Below are positions 26,507 through 48,100 of a stretch of DNA of 64,000 nt, one piece after another. Under the pieces are notes generated by a model. It was not told the DNA's origin and did not search any database. It saw only the letters and a list, made by a program, of their open reading frames with translations. The stretch spans positions 124,001-188,000 of the forward strand of contig OZ218965.1 of assembly GCA_965112735.1 (NCBI GenBank), in the 5' to 3' direction. Source of the stretch: Phaeosaccion multiseriatum (taxonomy: Eukaryota > Protista > Ochrophyta, other classes). The position numbers and the translations under genes were made by a program. Numbering within the stretch: the stretch's first letter is position 1; each line of letters begins with the position of its first letter.

Positions 26507-29500
26507 ATGTCTCTCTACCCGCAAGCTGCACCAACGGGTAAGTAGGGGGAAAGGGGAAGGGGTTCCCTGTGTTGTGGCGCACTTGGTCCACTGCGGCAGC
26601 GTCTCTGGCGTCCCTGTCTCGGCTGTGCTGTACTGTGGTGATCCCCCCCGAGACCCCGGCGACGAAGAGAGCACCCCTCTAAAGGCGCGTATCTCCATCT
26701 ATCCGTCCCTGCCTTCACCCCCTGCGCCCCTTCTTTGCCGTGCCTGCCCTTCTGCCCCTTGCTGCTGCCGGCGCTGCGAATCGTCAAACAGGGGCATTAG
26801 TGAGCATGAAGGCCGGCAAGTGCGAGATGAAGCTGCAGCCCAATGGCAAGTACCTCATCACTCCCGAGCTTCAAAAGGGCCTCCTCACGGTGACCAAGGA
26901 GCAAGACCAACTTCATCACATCAAGTGGCAGCCGCGAGGGGGGGCGGGGGCGGGCGTCTCCGTGGAAGACGACCGCATCCTCCTGGAAGGCTCGGGCACC
27001 TTCCGCAAAGTAGCGACGGGCAGGCCCGAGGACAGAGTGTACCTGCTGCAGATGGGAGACGGCTCCGACCCCAACCCAGACCGCTTCTTCTATTGGTGTC
27101 AGGTGAGGCAGGGGTGGTCTCCTTGCCTGTGTTGGACCTTCATCTCGCAGCGCTGCGAGGAGGCGGACTGCGCGTGTGGGCGCCATTGACACTTGACTCT
27201 TGTCTCCTAACAGCTGCTGTCGGATGTGTCGGCCCCTCCTGACTACTGTCCCTCTCTCTCTCTCTCTCTCTCCTCCACACCCTGTGCTCTTCTCTCTGTC
27301 TCTCTGCCTGTAGGAGAAGGACAGTGCGCTCGATGAGGAGAAGGCGGCCACCTTCGACAGGCTCGCCACCGATCCTGACACCGCGGAGAGCCCCTGGGCA
27401 GAGGCCCGGGGGGGCGCGCAGGGAGAGGCGAACATGGCCAACGACCTGCAGGTGCGTGCCATGCAGTGCCGTGCAGTGCCGTGCAGTGCCGTGCAGTGCC
27501 GTGCAGAGCCATCTTGGTTGGGCGGTGTTGCTGTGTCCGTCCGCCCTACGAAGCACGAGCGTGCCTGCCACCTCTCCCCGTCCCCTGCTGCTGCAGAGAC
27601 GAGCAACTAATTGGTGTCAGGACTCAGGGCAACAGGATTGCTCCTGTCAGGACTCAGGACAACAGGATTGCTGTCTTCTCGCACGCTCTGGCTTGGCTGA
27701 CGCACTGCTCTGCCCTTCCGTTTGCCCCCTGCTTGTGCCGCTGCCCCCCCGTGTGTGGCTTTCCCTTCATTCCGCCTGCCTGCCTGCCTCTCCTTGGTCC
27801 TCAGTCGATCCTCCTCTCCATGGGCTATCCCGCAGCAGCAGCAGCAGGGGTGAGTGTGTGTGAGTGTGAGTGTGGTCTCTCTTCCTCGCCCCCCTCGGGA
27901 GGAGCGCGCGATCTAGAGCCCCCTCAGGTTCCTCCCTCCTTCCTTCGTTCCTTCCTTCCTTCATTCCTTCCTTCCTTCCTTCCTTCCTTCCTTGCTTCCC
28001 CTCCCCTTGTAGTGCCCACACACTCATGCACGCGCACAGTCACAGCACACGCTTTAGTCACGCCCCTGACCTGAACTGAGCTGAGCTGAGTTGGGCATGC
28101 CCTCCCCCCAACCTTACCTTGCCTGCCTGTCACTCGCCTGTGTCTTCCTTGCTTGCCACTCACTCGCCTGTCTGCCTTACCTCGTTTCTCGCGGTCCTGA
28201 CACCAGCCTGCCGGCGAGGCGGAGGCCGCACCTGCCAGCGCTGAGGAGGGGGGCGGCGGGGGAGCAGACGCGGAGGGCGGGTCAGCTGTATCACCAACTG
28301 CTGCAGAAGGGTCAGCAGGTGAGCAGGATGGAGGCCAAGCGGCGGAGGAGGAGGTTCGTCCCGAGGGGGGCATGGACGTCGAGGAGAAGGAGGAGGAGGG
28401 CAAGGAAGGAGGAGAGGGAGGAGGAGAGGGAGGAGAAGGAGGAGGAGGAGGAGGAGGAGGAGGAGGAGGAGATGAACCTGCGGCGGGGTGAGGGTATAGG
28501 CTCTTTGTATGGGGGGTAGGCGAGGAGGAGGGCAAGGAAGGAGGAGAGGGAGGAGAGGGAGGAGGAGGAGGAGGAGGAGGAGGAGGAGGAGGAGATGAAG
28601 CCGCGGCGGGGTGAGGGTATAGGCTCTTTGTATGGGGGGTAGGCAGAGGCGGGGAGGGGGGTTCTCCCCCCCCCTGAAGACCCCCGGGAGACGGTTCCGA
28701 GGGGGCTTTCCCCGAGGGGGCTTTCCCGAGGGGGCTTTCCCTGAGGGGGCTTTCCCCGAGGGGGCTTTCCCCGAGGGGGCTTTCCCCGAGGGGGCTTTCC
28801 CCGAGGGACTGACGGACGGGCAACAGCATCGAGGAGAAGGGGAAGTGCAAGGGGGAGGGGGAGGGGGGGCACTTGGCAGTAGCAAGAGCAAGTCATGCAA
28901 GCAAGTCATCGAAAGAGGGCCCGTAACTGCCGTAACTGCCGTAACTGTAAATAGAAACTCACGCTGCCCCCACGCACCACGCACGCCGCTCTCTGTGTGA
29001 CACCGAAGGGAGGGAGGGTTTTGTTGACTTGGAAGGGATTTATTAACTTACAGGGGTCACCTCAGAAACTGAAAGTGTGTGTTGTCGAGGGAGGGAGGGC
29101 TTTAATGACTTACAGGAGTCACCTCAGAAATTGGAAGTGTGTGTGTATGAGGGAGGGGGGGAGGCAAGGCTGCGGTGTATCGCTGTTGGTTGTGCGCTCT
29201 CTCTGGCGACGACAGCTGCTCTGTGTGCTGTGCGTGCTGCTGCTGCTGCTGCTGCTGCTTGGGTGGTTGAGGGTGTGCCAAGCGCCCCATGCCCACTTAC
29301 TGACTTACTGACTCACTGACTTACTGACGACGGAAGGCCTGGCCTGTGTGTGAGTGCGAGTGTGAGTGTGTGATGTTGAGTTAGGTCGGTCTCACCCGTG
29401 TGAGGGTGTGGTGGAGCAGGCACTCGCTGCTCCGCCTCGCCCCCCCCCCCTCTCTCATGCTACGCTCTCCCTTCAGCCTCTCTGCCTCGCCGACTTGCTG

Positions 29501-30122
29501 ACCGACTGACCGACTGACCGACTGACCGACTGACTTGCTCTATGTTGGGTGCCCCCCTCCCTCCCCTTCCATGTGCCATTTGTGAGCAGGAGGAGCAGGA
29601 GCAGGAGGAGAAGGTGGAGGAGGAGGAGGCCTGACGGCGGAGGCGATGCAGCGAGCCATCAACGGGGCCATGATGAACATGGCGGCGAGGGACTCGAGCG
29701 GGGCGGGGCAGCAGCAAGGCCAAGGGCAAGTGGTGCCGCTCAACGACCTCGTCATCGCCGATGACATCCTAGAGACGGGAGTGCTTGACGACCCCGAGGT
29801 GCAGGCCGCGCTCGTGCCCTTGTTGGCAGAGGGGCAGCAGAACGAGGCAGAGCTGAGGGAGATTATGCGCTCCCCGCAGCTGCAGCAGTCCCTCAGTAGC
29901 CTGACTGCTGCGCTGCAGTCAGACAACTTTAACGGCGTGCTGCAGAGCTTCGGCCTCGATCACTCGGCGCCAGGGGCGGGGGAGTCACTTGCCCGGGGGG
30001 ACGGGGTAGATGCATTGCTTAAGGCGTTGCTGCATGCCGCCAGGCTCAAGAAGGAGAAGGAGGAGAAGGAGAAGGGGGAGGGGGAGGGGGGGGCACAGGA
30101 TGAGGAGATGAAGGACGCGTGA
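26507..30122 (+). CDS. RPN13: Proteasomal ubiquitin receptor RPN13/ADRM1
   Basis: Exon 1 MSLYPQAAPT|G splices to a Pru domain (LVSMKAGKC...KGLL...LHHIKWQPR...EDDRILL...FRKV...RVYLLQ...RFFYWCQ|EKD). C-terminal DEUBAD-like domain (LREIMRSPQLQQSLSSLTAALQS...LQSFGL). Confidence 0.92.
28697..28807. repeat. 15-bp tandem repeat ccccgagggggcttt
   Basis: About 7 tandem copies in an RPN13 intron. Confidence 0.9.
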
Positions 30123-31496
30123 GGGGCATGGCGAGGGGAATGCCATGCCGGCCCGGCGCTCTCTGTGATGCTCTCCCATAGGATGCTACCATAGGTGTCT
30201 GAAAGAAACATGTTATACACGCAGTGCAAGGTATGGTGTAAATGCCTCTCCTCAGATATCTCACTCTTCATAGAGAGTACCCACCCCGCGAGAGGGTCTG
30301 CAGTACATAAGCAGCGACTAACCCTACGGTTACGTAAGGTTACGTAAGGTTATGTAAGGTTACGGGAGTAGGGGACATGGTGAGGTTCTCTGTGACCTCC
30401 TCTCTCCTCTCCTCTATTATGAGAGTGTGGCCTCCTCTCCTCTATGAGAGTCATCCCTGCCCTGCCGCTGAGAGTTGGCTCTGCCCTGCCGCTCTCAGCC
30501 GCCTCTCGCTCTCCGAGGGTGGACTCTCCTCTGCCTGCTGCTCTCCTCCAAGTGTATGCAGGCCCTCTCCTCTCCTTTGCCCTCCCCTCTCCTTGATTGA
30601 CCTCTCCCCTCCTCCCCTTGATTGCCCCCGCCAAGTGTCTACAGGCCTCTCCTCCTCTCCTTAGTGCCCTCTCCTCTCCTCTCCTTGATTGCCTTCGCCA
30701 AGAGAGGAGTCCACCAACACCGCCACCGACGCCGCTGTCGTGAGGCGCCCTCTCCTCTTGGCCGGTGGGCGGCATCCGCTGCCATCCACTGCCATCCACT
30801 GCCATCCATTGCCATCCATTGCCATCCATGCCCCCCCTCCGAGCCGCTGAGAGGGGCTGAGAGAGGCTGGGAGAGGCTCCCTCCCTCCGGCATACCTCAG
30901 ACGAGGCGGGAGCAGCAAGCGAAGTGCCTGGGGTCAGGACACACACACTCTCGAAGTGCCTGGGGTCAGGACACACACACACACACACTCGAAGCGTGGG
31001 GTGGCGGGTGGTGCCCCTCTGCAGCGGTGCCCCTTTGCAGTGGTGCCCCCAATCCTCCTTGTTCCCCCAATCCTCCTTGTGTGTGTCTGAGGGGCGCCTT
31101 GTGTGTGCCTGAGGGGCGGCATCGGGTGGTCTCCTCTGATCCCGCCCATCCGGCCCATCCCGCCCCCGGTAAGGCGTTCAGTGCACAAGGGTTGTAACGG
31201 TTGTTATGGCTGAGCCCCTCCCTCCCTCCCTCCCTCCCTTCTCCAGCAGAGCTAAGAGTGGGCGTCTGAAGCCCAACTCTTCTCTCTCACTAGAGTGGGC
31301 CTCTGAAGCCCCACCTTTCTGTCTCTCTCTCTCTGTGAAGCTCGACGCTTTCTTCTCTCTCTGTGTCGTATCGCACCGCCGCTCCTCTGTGCTCGTGTGT
31401 GCGTGCGTGTGTGCGTGCGTGTGTGCGTGCAAGCAAAGCAGCAACACCACCTACGCCAAGCCCCTCTTCTCATCACTCGTCTCTCGTCACCCCCTC

Positions 31497-33178
31497 TCAC
31501 TCCTCCGCACCCTGCTTCGCTCCCTCCTCGCTCAGTGTCCTCGTGCCCTCCCGATCGACCACCTTGAAGGTCCAGGCGCCGCTGCTGTTGACGAGGTACC
31601 TCCTACCGAGCTGCCGCACGCTCTTCCTCACCAGCGACACGGCCTCCTCCAGGCTCAGGTCCGGCCGGTAGTCCTGTACACGCACGCACACACACACACA
31701 CACACAGAGAGAGAGACAGAGAGAGCGGCAAGAGAGAGGCGAGGAGGGGTGTGGGTAAGGGCGTAGCTCTGTCTGTTTGGGGGAAGGGCGGCGGGCAGGC
31801 GGGAAGTAGAAAAGGTGGACTGACTTCCGTATTGAGTGAGTGAGTGAATGAGTGAGTGGGTGAGAGAATGAGTGAGTGAGAGAGTGAGAGAGTGAGTGAA
31901 GTAGAGGGAAGTAAATGAGTGCGGGAGAGGGAAGTGAATTGAGTGAGTCCGTGGGAGACAGAGTGAGTGGGTGACTGGGGGAACGAGTGAGTGGGTGACA
32001 GAGTGAGTGGGTGACTGGGGGAGCGAGCGGACAGGGGCGGGCTAAGGGCTTCCTTGATGGGCACACATGAGGACCAAAGAATCCCCCTGCCCCTCCTCTT
32101 TCTATGCTCTGTGCTCTGGGCCCTGTGTTCTGTGGTTGGGGCTCTGTGTTCTGTGGTCAGTACCTTCTCGAGGAGCCCCAGCGCGAATTTGGCGGCGTGT
32201 CCGTGGGCCCCGAAGTTCACTTCCTGTTGAATGCATGCATTGTGTCGGTAGAATGCAGTGAGTCAGTGTGTCAGTGACAGGCCGAGAGAGGGGATTCACC
32301 CACACCGGCAAGCAAGGGAATCGAGTGAGGTGAGACAGAGAGGGAGAGGGGGTGAGGTGGAGCACTCGAGTACGAGGGAGACAGCCCCACGCACGATGAG
32401 AGGCAGTGCTTTCTCTCCGATGCCAGCCAGTGCGATCCACGGTCTCCGCAACACGCACGCACCCACGCACGCACACACGCACGCACCTGCAAGGCCCCGT
32501 ACGTGTCCAGCCAGAAGAGGGCCGCATCCCCGCTGCTCGGGTCCACGCCCCCCAACAGCACGTTGATGAGCGTCTGCGCCTTCCGCAGCTTCTCCGCTCG
32601 CTCGCGCCTCGCGAAGTGCGCGATGGCCCTCACGGACATGCCTGTGGGGTGCGCCGAGGCCACGCGGTCCAGGTACACGCTCCTCTGGAGGAAGGAGGTG
32701 AATTGGTCCACATCGCCCTGCTCGCCCACGGCCCCCAGGACCACGCCCTCGCTCAGCTCCACCACCTTGTCGTACTCCTGCGTCCGGGATAGAGTGGGTC
32801 TCGTTAGGCAAGCTCTGCGTAGGGAGGAGAGACTTATGCCTGCCCACGACAAGCCCACGGCAAGCCCTCCTTGTTCCCCACGTGGCTCACCTGGTTCATG
32901 ACCACGATGGAGCGGTAGAAGCCCTTGTCAGCTGCCAGTAGCACAAAGTCCTTGCCCCGGATGCCGATGAGCGAGTTCAGATCTTACGAGGCGGCGGGGG
33001 AGGGGGGCAGAGAGGCAGGCCGAGCAACGCGAGAGGGAGGGGGAAATTAGTTAGGGTGCAGGCAAAGAGCAGCAATTGCGGCAGCAGCAGCTTGAGAAGA
33101 GACCCCACCTGCTGTGGCCAGCCCGACAAAGAGCACACCCAGCAGCAGGAGCAGCAGCGGGGAAGCTGGCGCGGCCAT
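31497..33178 (-). CDS. PSMB2: 20S proteasome beta-4 (PSMB2/PRE1-like) subunit with N-terminal signal peptide
   Basis: Exons 33178-33109, 32982-32891, 32777-32487, 32223-32164 and 31673-31497 splice in frame: MAAPASPLLLLLLGVLFVGLATA-DLNSLIGIRGKDFVLLAADK...EYDKVVEL...GEQGDVDQF...NVLLGGVD...LFWLDTYGAL...AHGHAAKFALGLLEKDYRPDLSLEEA...FKVVDREG. Confidence 0.9.
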
Positions 33179-33295
33179 GATCGAACGATCTGCTGTGTTC
33201 CGGACGCAGGGAACAGATATCGGGAACACGAACTTTCAGTTGGTGAGAATGGCTGGGCACATCCATCCACAAAGAAAGCGACCCAAGAAAAGACA
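33179..33295. promoter_or_regulatory. Probable bidirectional promoter between PSMB2-like and ArgRS
   Basis: Divergent ATGs at 33178 (minus) and 33296 (plus) are separated by only 117 bp. Confidence 0.55.
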
Positions 33296-41561
<8,266 letters not shown>

Positions 41562-41759
41562 GCGATCAGAGCCAAAGGGCCAACGTCAGGGCCAGGCTCG
41601 TGCTCAAGGTCGGGGTCGGGGTCAGGGTCAGGGTCAGGGTCAGGGTCAGGGTCAGGGGCAGGCTCAGGAGACACTCGGTGTGTTGCTGCGGCGCTTCTGC
41701 GGCTTTGGCCTCGGACCCTCACAAGAGCCTTGCGCACGACGATGGCAGTTGGTGATACA

Positions 41760-41985
41760 GCAGCAGCAGCAGCAGTTGGTGATACAGCAGCTGCAGCAGC
41801 AGTAGCAGCAGGTGGTGATACAACAGAAGCAGCAAGGGCCTGAACACGACGATGGCGGTCCTTATGCTCTCCAGCATGTGCAGAATACAAAATAGCGCTA
41901 CCGCTCACTCGCTTGGTGAACAGAGCGGCGGAAGACGCGAGAGACTCGAGAGGGGAGGGGGGCTTGCCTGTCCGTCTTACACAGT
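41760..41985 (+). repeat. Left direct repeat (ArgRS 3' flank) bounding the ROCO-TIR island
   Basis: Near-identical to 51218-51445. The core aatagcgctaccgctcactcgcttg...cttgcctgtccgtct also occurs at 57588 and 60209. Confidence 0.9.
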
Positions 41986-42118
41986 GGGGGACTGTGGAGT
42001 AGGCCACTCGTTCATGCCCAATCGGAAACCCGAGGCACCGTTTCAATATACTTTACTCTCGTTCGGTCCATAAAAAGCTTTGGCGCTTCTCTCGCTTCTC
42101 TCCCTCTCTATCTGAGGG

Positions 42119-45100
42119 TTACGACTTAGAATGTATCGTCGTCAATACCCCTTCCACCTCGTTGGCCACTCTCTTGGCGAAAGCAAACAGATCTTCTTGC
42201 CGGTCATCGCGGAGACCTGTGTTTTTATCCACACGCCCCAGCAGGTCTTTCGCAAGCTCATCCGCTGTCTTGAACTTGTCCTTCTCAAGCCAACCCCAAT
42301 CCCCTCCCTTCCCTTTGCTCCACTCCTCCCATGTCTCCTTCACGCCGGGATTGTTGTCTTCTAATTTGCCTGTGTCCCAGCATTCCTCAACCGTCAGCCC
42401 GAAGAATAGCGGCACCAGCGCTGCTCCCCCCTTCTCCGCCCTGTCCATGAAGATTTGCATCTCCTCAAGAGGCCACTCTCGGCACACAAAGTCTGGGCTC
42501 AGCACCACCACGCCAATCGGGGCGGTACGGGCAACGTGGAGCATCTTGTGCTCTGCGCGGTCTCCTGCCTCCAGGCTTCTCTCGTCCAAGAAAGTCGGAA
42601 TTCCTCTCTGCCACAGACATCTGTGAAGCAGATACACAATGCCCCGCTTCTCCGGCCCGGCGTGGCTCAAGAAGACTTGGTACCCCTTACCGTCGCTCAT
42701 TTCAATAGTCTCGACGTTGGGAAGCCCGTCTCGCGCGTTCTGCAGGGATTCCTTTGAGACAAGAGAGGGACAAGAGGAATTCGTCGGCATCAGAACACAA
42801 AGGTTTGCCCGGAGAGCAAAGTCGTCAACACAGACCTACTGAGCCTCGTACCTGGTATTTCTCGAAACCTTTCACACAAGTCCGGAGTGTAACGAAAGCC
42901 TCCCCTTCAAACTTGTCGCACAAAGTCTTCCACTCGCCTCTAAAGCAATCCGTGGCCAGAGTCGGCGGCGCCCACCGGGGGCTCAAGACGGGTGTAGCGA
43001 TCAGCCGCTCGACATCATATTCAGACAGCAGGCCCCGCTCGTTTGTGTGTGCATCAGCTTTCCGCGATGGATCCAGCACACACCCGAATTGCTGAAGGTC
43101 TCCCTGTTTCCGTCCCAAAACACACAGGTTATGATGTATGTGAGCCGCACGCAAGCTGAGAGCAACACTTACCGGCACGAGAGAAGCCTCGACAATTGTT
43201 AATTAAACAAGCAAGGTGTGTACAACCAACAACCAACATCCCCCCCTCCTCTCTCTTACCTCACGGAGCGGCCCCCACTCTTCTTTCAGGGGATCCTTGG
43301 CCACGTACACGGCTGTCCACGGGCACTTGTGGGAGGAGAGATGGTGGACCGTGTGCCGGAGCAGCATGCCCATCGCAACGGTCGGGAAAGAGTCGCACTT
43401 GGTGGGTGCAGTGTTGACGACGTGCAAAAAAAAACGAGTATAAGCAAAACTTGGAGAATCAGAGTGACGGCACGGTGAGTACATCAGGCCACGCATATGA
43501 CGCCCGTTCCTCTTCCTCACCTGCTTCTCCTCTTCTTCCCACTGACCAGCCACCTTCAGGTACAAGCGTTGCTCCGTCCAGTCATAGCTGACGAAGGCCA
43601 TGTACGCCTGTTGGGCATCGACGAACAACGCCCCTTGCCTCCAGCCAACCGCCACCTCACCGAGTCCCTTGGTGGAGAGAGTAGACACCAGCCTGGCAAT
43701 GGTCCCGGGGGGAGGGGGCCGCTCCAGCTGGAGGTACACCTGCTTCAAGTAACCCCCTACCTTCATCTCCTGGCTGATCGCATCTGCCGCATTCTTTAAT
43801 GCCTGCGCTCGCTCGTTCGAGCTGTCCATCGCATCTGGCATGCGGAGGGAGACCACAAATTGGAGCTCTTGCTCCTTGGCACGAGTGCCACCACCATTGA
43901 CCCCTTCCCCCCCTCCCGGGGTATTGTCGTGCTCAGCCTTCTCAAAAATGATGCCCAGGTCCACCAACCTTCCCAGCAGAGCCTTCACGTGTTGTTGGTC
44001 GAAAGTCCTTCCCCCGTCCCCCCCGTGACGAAGAAGAACAGCGTTCCACACGGATCCGGCAAAACCAATCGTCAGCACCCCATCCTTCTTGAGTTTGTTG
44101 GCAGCATTCCTGTCAAGTTCAAGAGCAGAAGAGCCGTCTGGTTGCGTCTCATACTGTCGCTTAGGCTTCAGTCCAAGTCTCTGCGATGATCCATTAGGCG
44201 GGGGGCAGAAATCAAGACAATACCGAGGATAAGACAGGTTGTGGCAAACGAAAGAAAGTGTGCAGCAGGTGGTGGAACATGTGAGACGGAGGGCGTATCA
44301 TCTTTACACTCTTGCCGCGTTTCATCCTTTTGTATCTTTCTTTCCCCTCCCTCCCACGCACCAGCCGCACACACACACCTTGCTGCGACCCAGTCGCACT
44401 TCAACACCGTCGGTAACGATGTCACCGGCCGGAGTCAGGAGCGGACTGATCAACTTGGAAAACAAGGCCGCCTCTGTAAGAACAACGGCTGCACCAGTCT
44501 TCACGTCTCCAGCCACCACAAGCCTTCCGTCCCTTTCCCTGCAGGGAGGGGGCACGATGAGTGTTACAATGAGTGAGAAACGAACAGGGCAAACCCCCTG
44601 GATACGTCCTCTTCTCCCTCTGCCTAAGGGATAACCGTGCCCATATTTCGAATCATATTCAGTCCAAGCAACAGCCAACCTTGGGAGTATCAACCGTGCC
44701 CCAGCCAAGCGCACTTAATTCCCACTCACTCACCACTCACTCACCACTCACTCGCCCCGAGCGCGGTATTCACTTACATCATTGTCACCGCGCACGTGAG
44801 CATCACATCACACAGGGGCTGCTCGGCTCGGCCCTGCTGCTCCTCCTCCCAGGTCTTTTTCACTTCGCCCATTGTCAGGAAGACGTGCTCCTTCGCCAAG
44901 TCGCCCAGCAGGGCCACTGCTTTCTCGAGAATAGGACCCACGACGTAGGTCTGAGCCAGGTCCTGCAACGCCCGTGTCAGAGCCATTAACTGCTGCTCCC
45001 GCCCTCCCTTCTTCTCGCAGCTCGTCATGAACGGCCTTTCATCCAGCACGAGTGATCGTCCCCCTTGCAGTTTGCCTTGTAAATCGGCGTGAATTTGGGC

Positions 45101-48100
45101 CCATTGCGCCTCCAAATCTCCTTCCCCCCGCCCCTCCCTGACCCTGTCGCATTTATTGGCTACTAAGAGCACAGGGGACTCCGAAGCGCCGTGCTGGAGC
45201 ATGTCCATTAAGGGCTCCAGCTGCTCCCCTTCCCAATCGTCGGGCGGACTCCAAACCAGCAGGTAGGCCGCTCCTTCCGTGAGAAACATGTTGCTCAAGG
45301 CGTGATAGTCTTGCTGACCACCGCAGTCAAAGAAGCGCAACGTCACCCCCTTAAGATCGCAGCTCTTGATGTCCACACCGACCGTCGACGGCTTCTCTTC
45401 TTTCCCCGTTGCTGTGGGCCGCCCTGCTACGATGCTAAGCATCAAACTGACACAAGCAAGGGACGAAGCGTCGGGGGGGGGGAGGGATGTTGGAAGCTAA
45501 TCAAGAGCAGTGGGTAATAACGAGCCGTATGTATCTTAGTATTTCTCCCCTCCTCTCTCCTGCCCTCGACCTCCTCTGTCGCCCATCGTAGTCAGCTAGA
45601 CAGGACAATGTGACGAAGAGGGCATACTGTACCTGGTCTTGCCTACTGTTGTGGGCCCTAAGAGCATGACCTTGAGGCTCATTACTTCCCTTCGACCCTT
45701 GCGCAAGTCTTGGAAGTACTTTTGCGCCATGACCCATCCTTGCTCTAACACCCCAACTGGCGGGTACTGCAGCGGGTTATCTCTCACGTAAAGGCGGCGA
45801 ATCCAGCGACCCTCGTCCGGGCAAAATTTGAGTATCCAATCTTCACTCGTGTCCGTAGCAAAGCCTGCAGGCAAGGGCACGACGCGAGTAGAGCGGCGGA
45901 GGATGGGCGGTGGTCTTTAAAGGCGGTAGGGGCTTATTTCCCGTCACCACGGAGCAGGACCACTCAGAATTGGCTCTCATCGAAAATCTCGCCACGTTCC
46001 CTACCCAAGTATCAAGTGGAAGGGACGCGAGCGGGCATGCTACCACTCACCAGTGAGCTTGTTGTTGTTGAGGTTCAAATTCGCAAGCTTGCGCAGACTT
46101 CCAAGCTCCCTTGGAATAATCCCTGCGGATGGGAGGAAAGTTCTTTGGTCAAACTCATATCAAGTGAAAGGGACGCGAACGGACCACTCGCCAGTGAGCT
46201 GATTGTTGTTGAGGTACAGTCCCGTAAGGTTCTGAAGACCTCCAAGCTCGGGCGGAGGGAAGTTTTTTGTCATACGACTTTCAAGCGAAAGGGGCGCGAA
46301 CGGTTGTGCGTACCACTCACCAGTGAGCGAATTTTGGCTGAGGGACAGTTTCTCAAGGTTCTGAAGACCTCCAAGCTCGGGTGGAATACTCCCTGCAATG
46401 GGAGGAAAGGTCAGCCATACTCATATCAAATGAAAGGGGTTCGCGTACGAGCCACTCACCATTGAGCTTATTGTAGCTGAGTTGCAGCATCTCAAGGTTC
46501 TGAAGACCTCCAAGCTCGGGTGGAATGCTCCCTGCAATGGGAGGAAAGAGTTCTTTGGTCATACTCATATCAAGTGAAAGGGACGCGAACGGGTGTGCGT
46601 ACCACTCACCAGTGAGCTGATTGTTGTTGAGGGACAGTCTCTCAAGGTTCTGAAGACCTCCAAGCTCGGGTGGAATACTCCCTGCGGATGGGTGGAAAGT
46701 TCTTTGGTCATACTCATATCAAGTCAAGGGGACGCGAACGGGTGTGCGTACCGCCTACCTTCTAGATTGTTCTCCTTGAGCGATAGTTCTCGAAGGTGTG
46801 AAAGTTGGTCAAGCTGCGGCGGAATGCTCCCTGAGATGTGGGGGAAATTCTTCAGCCATACTAATATCAAGTCAAGGAGACGCGAGCGGGTTCGCGTACC
46901 ACTTACCGGTGAGCTTATTGCGGGAGAGGCCCAATTGCTCAAGGTTCTCCAGACTTCCAAGCTCGGATGGAATGCTCCCTGCGGATGGGACAAACTTTGT
47001 TTGGTCACAATCATCTCAAGCGAAAGTGACGCGAACGGGTACGCATACCACTTACCAGTGAGCTTGTTGTGGGAGAGGCCCAATTGCTCAAGCTTCTCCA
47101 GACTTCCAAGCTCTGGTGGAATGTTCTCTGCGGAGCGGAGGACAGTTCTTCGGTCATACTCATATCAAGTGAAAGGGACGCGACCGGGTGTGCGTACCAC
47201 TCACCAGTGAGCTTGTTGTTGCGGAGGCCCAAAACCTCAAGCTTCTCCAGATGTCCAAGCTCGGGTGGAATGCTCCCTGCGGATGGGAGGGAAGTTCTTT
47301 GGTCATACGACTACCAAGCGAAAGGGAATACTCCACGTGGAGTGAGAGAGGGAGTCATACGACTACCAAGCGAAAGGGCCGCGAACGGGTTCGCACACCA
47401 CTTACCAGTGAGCTTGTTGTGGGAGAGGCCCAAAACCTCAAGCTTCGCCAGACGTCCAAGCTCGGGTGGAATGATCCCTGCGGATGGGAGGGAAGTTCTT
47501 TGGTCATACTCATATCAAGTGAAAGGGACGCGAACGGGTGCGCGTACAACGTACCAGTGAGCTTGTTGTAGGAGAGGATCAAAACCTCAAGCTTCTTCAG
47601 ACTTTCAAGCTCCATTGGAATGCTCCCTGCGGAGCGGAGGGAAGTTCTTCGTCACACGCTTATCAAGCGAGAGGGACGCGAACGGGTTCGCGTACCACCT
47701 ACCGCTGAGCTGGTTGGTCCACAGGTTGAGCACCGTCAGGTTCTCAAGACTTCCAAGCTCTGGTGGGATGCTCCCTGCGGATGGGAGGAGAGTTCTATTG
47801 TCACACTAATTCCAAGTCAGAGGGACGCGAACGGGGTGCGCGTACCACCTACCTTCTAGATTGTTCGCGTTGAGCGAGAGATGTCGAAGCTCTGCTTGCT
47901 TCCCCAACTCCTTGGGAATGTTCCCTGCGAAGCGGAGGAAGGTTCTCTGGTCACACTAATACCAAATCAAAGGGACGCGAGCGGGTGTGCGTCCCACTTA
48001 CCAGTGAGCTTGTTGTCGGAGAGGACCAAAACCTCAAGCTTCTTCAGACTTTTAAGCTCCCTTGGAATACTCCCTGCGGAGCGTAGGGAAGTTCTTCGTC

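Noticed and set aside
27924-29000. Pro-rich / GESPL-repeat ORFs
   Set aside because: Derived from intronic GAG tracts and a 15-bp minisatellite within RPN13.
43173-43187. Possible 15-nt micro-exon (ASLVP) in the ROCO gene
   Set aside because: Good donor (GTAAGT) but a weak GAG acceptor. The frame is unaffected either way, so it cannot be decided without RNA data.
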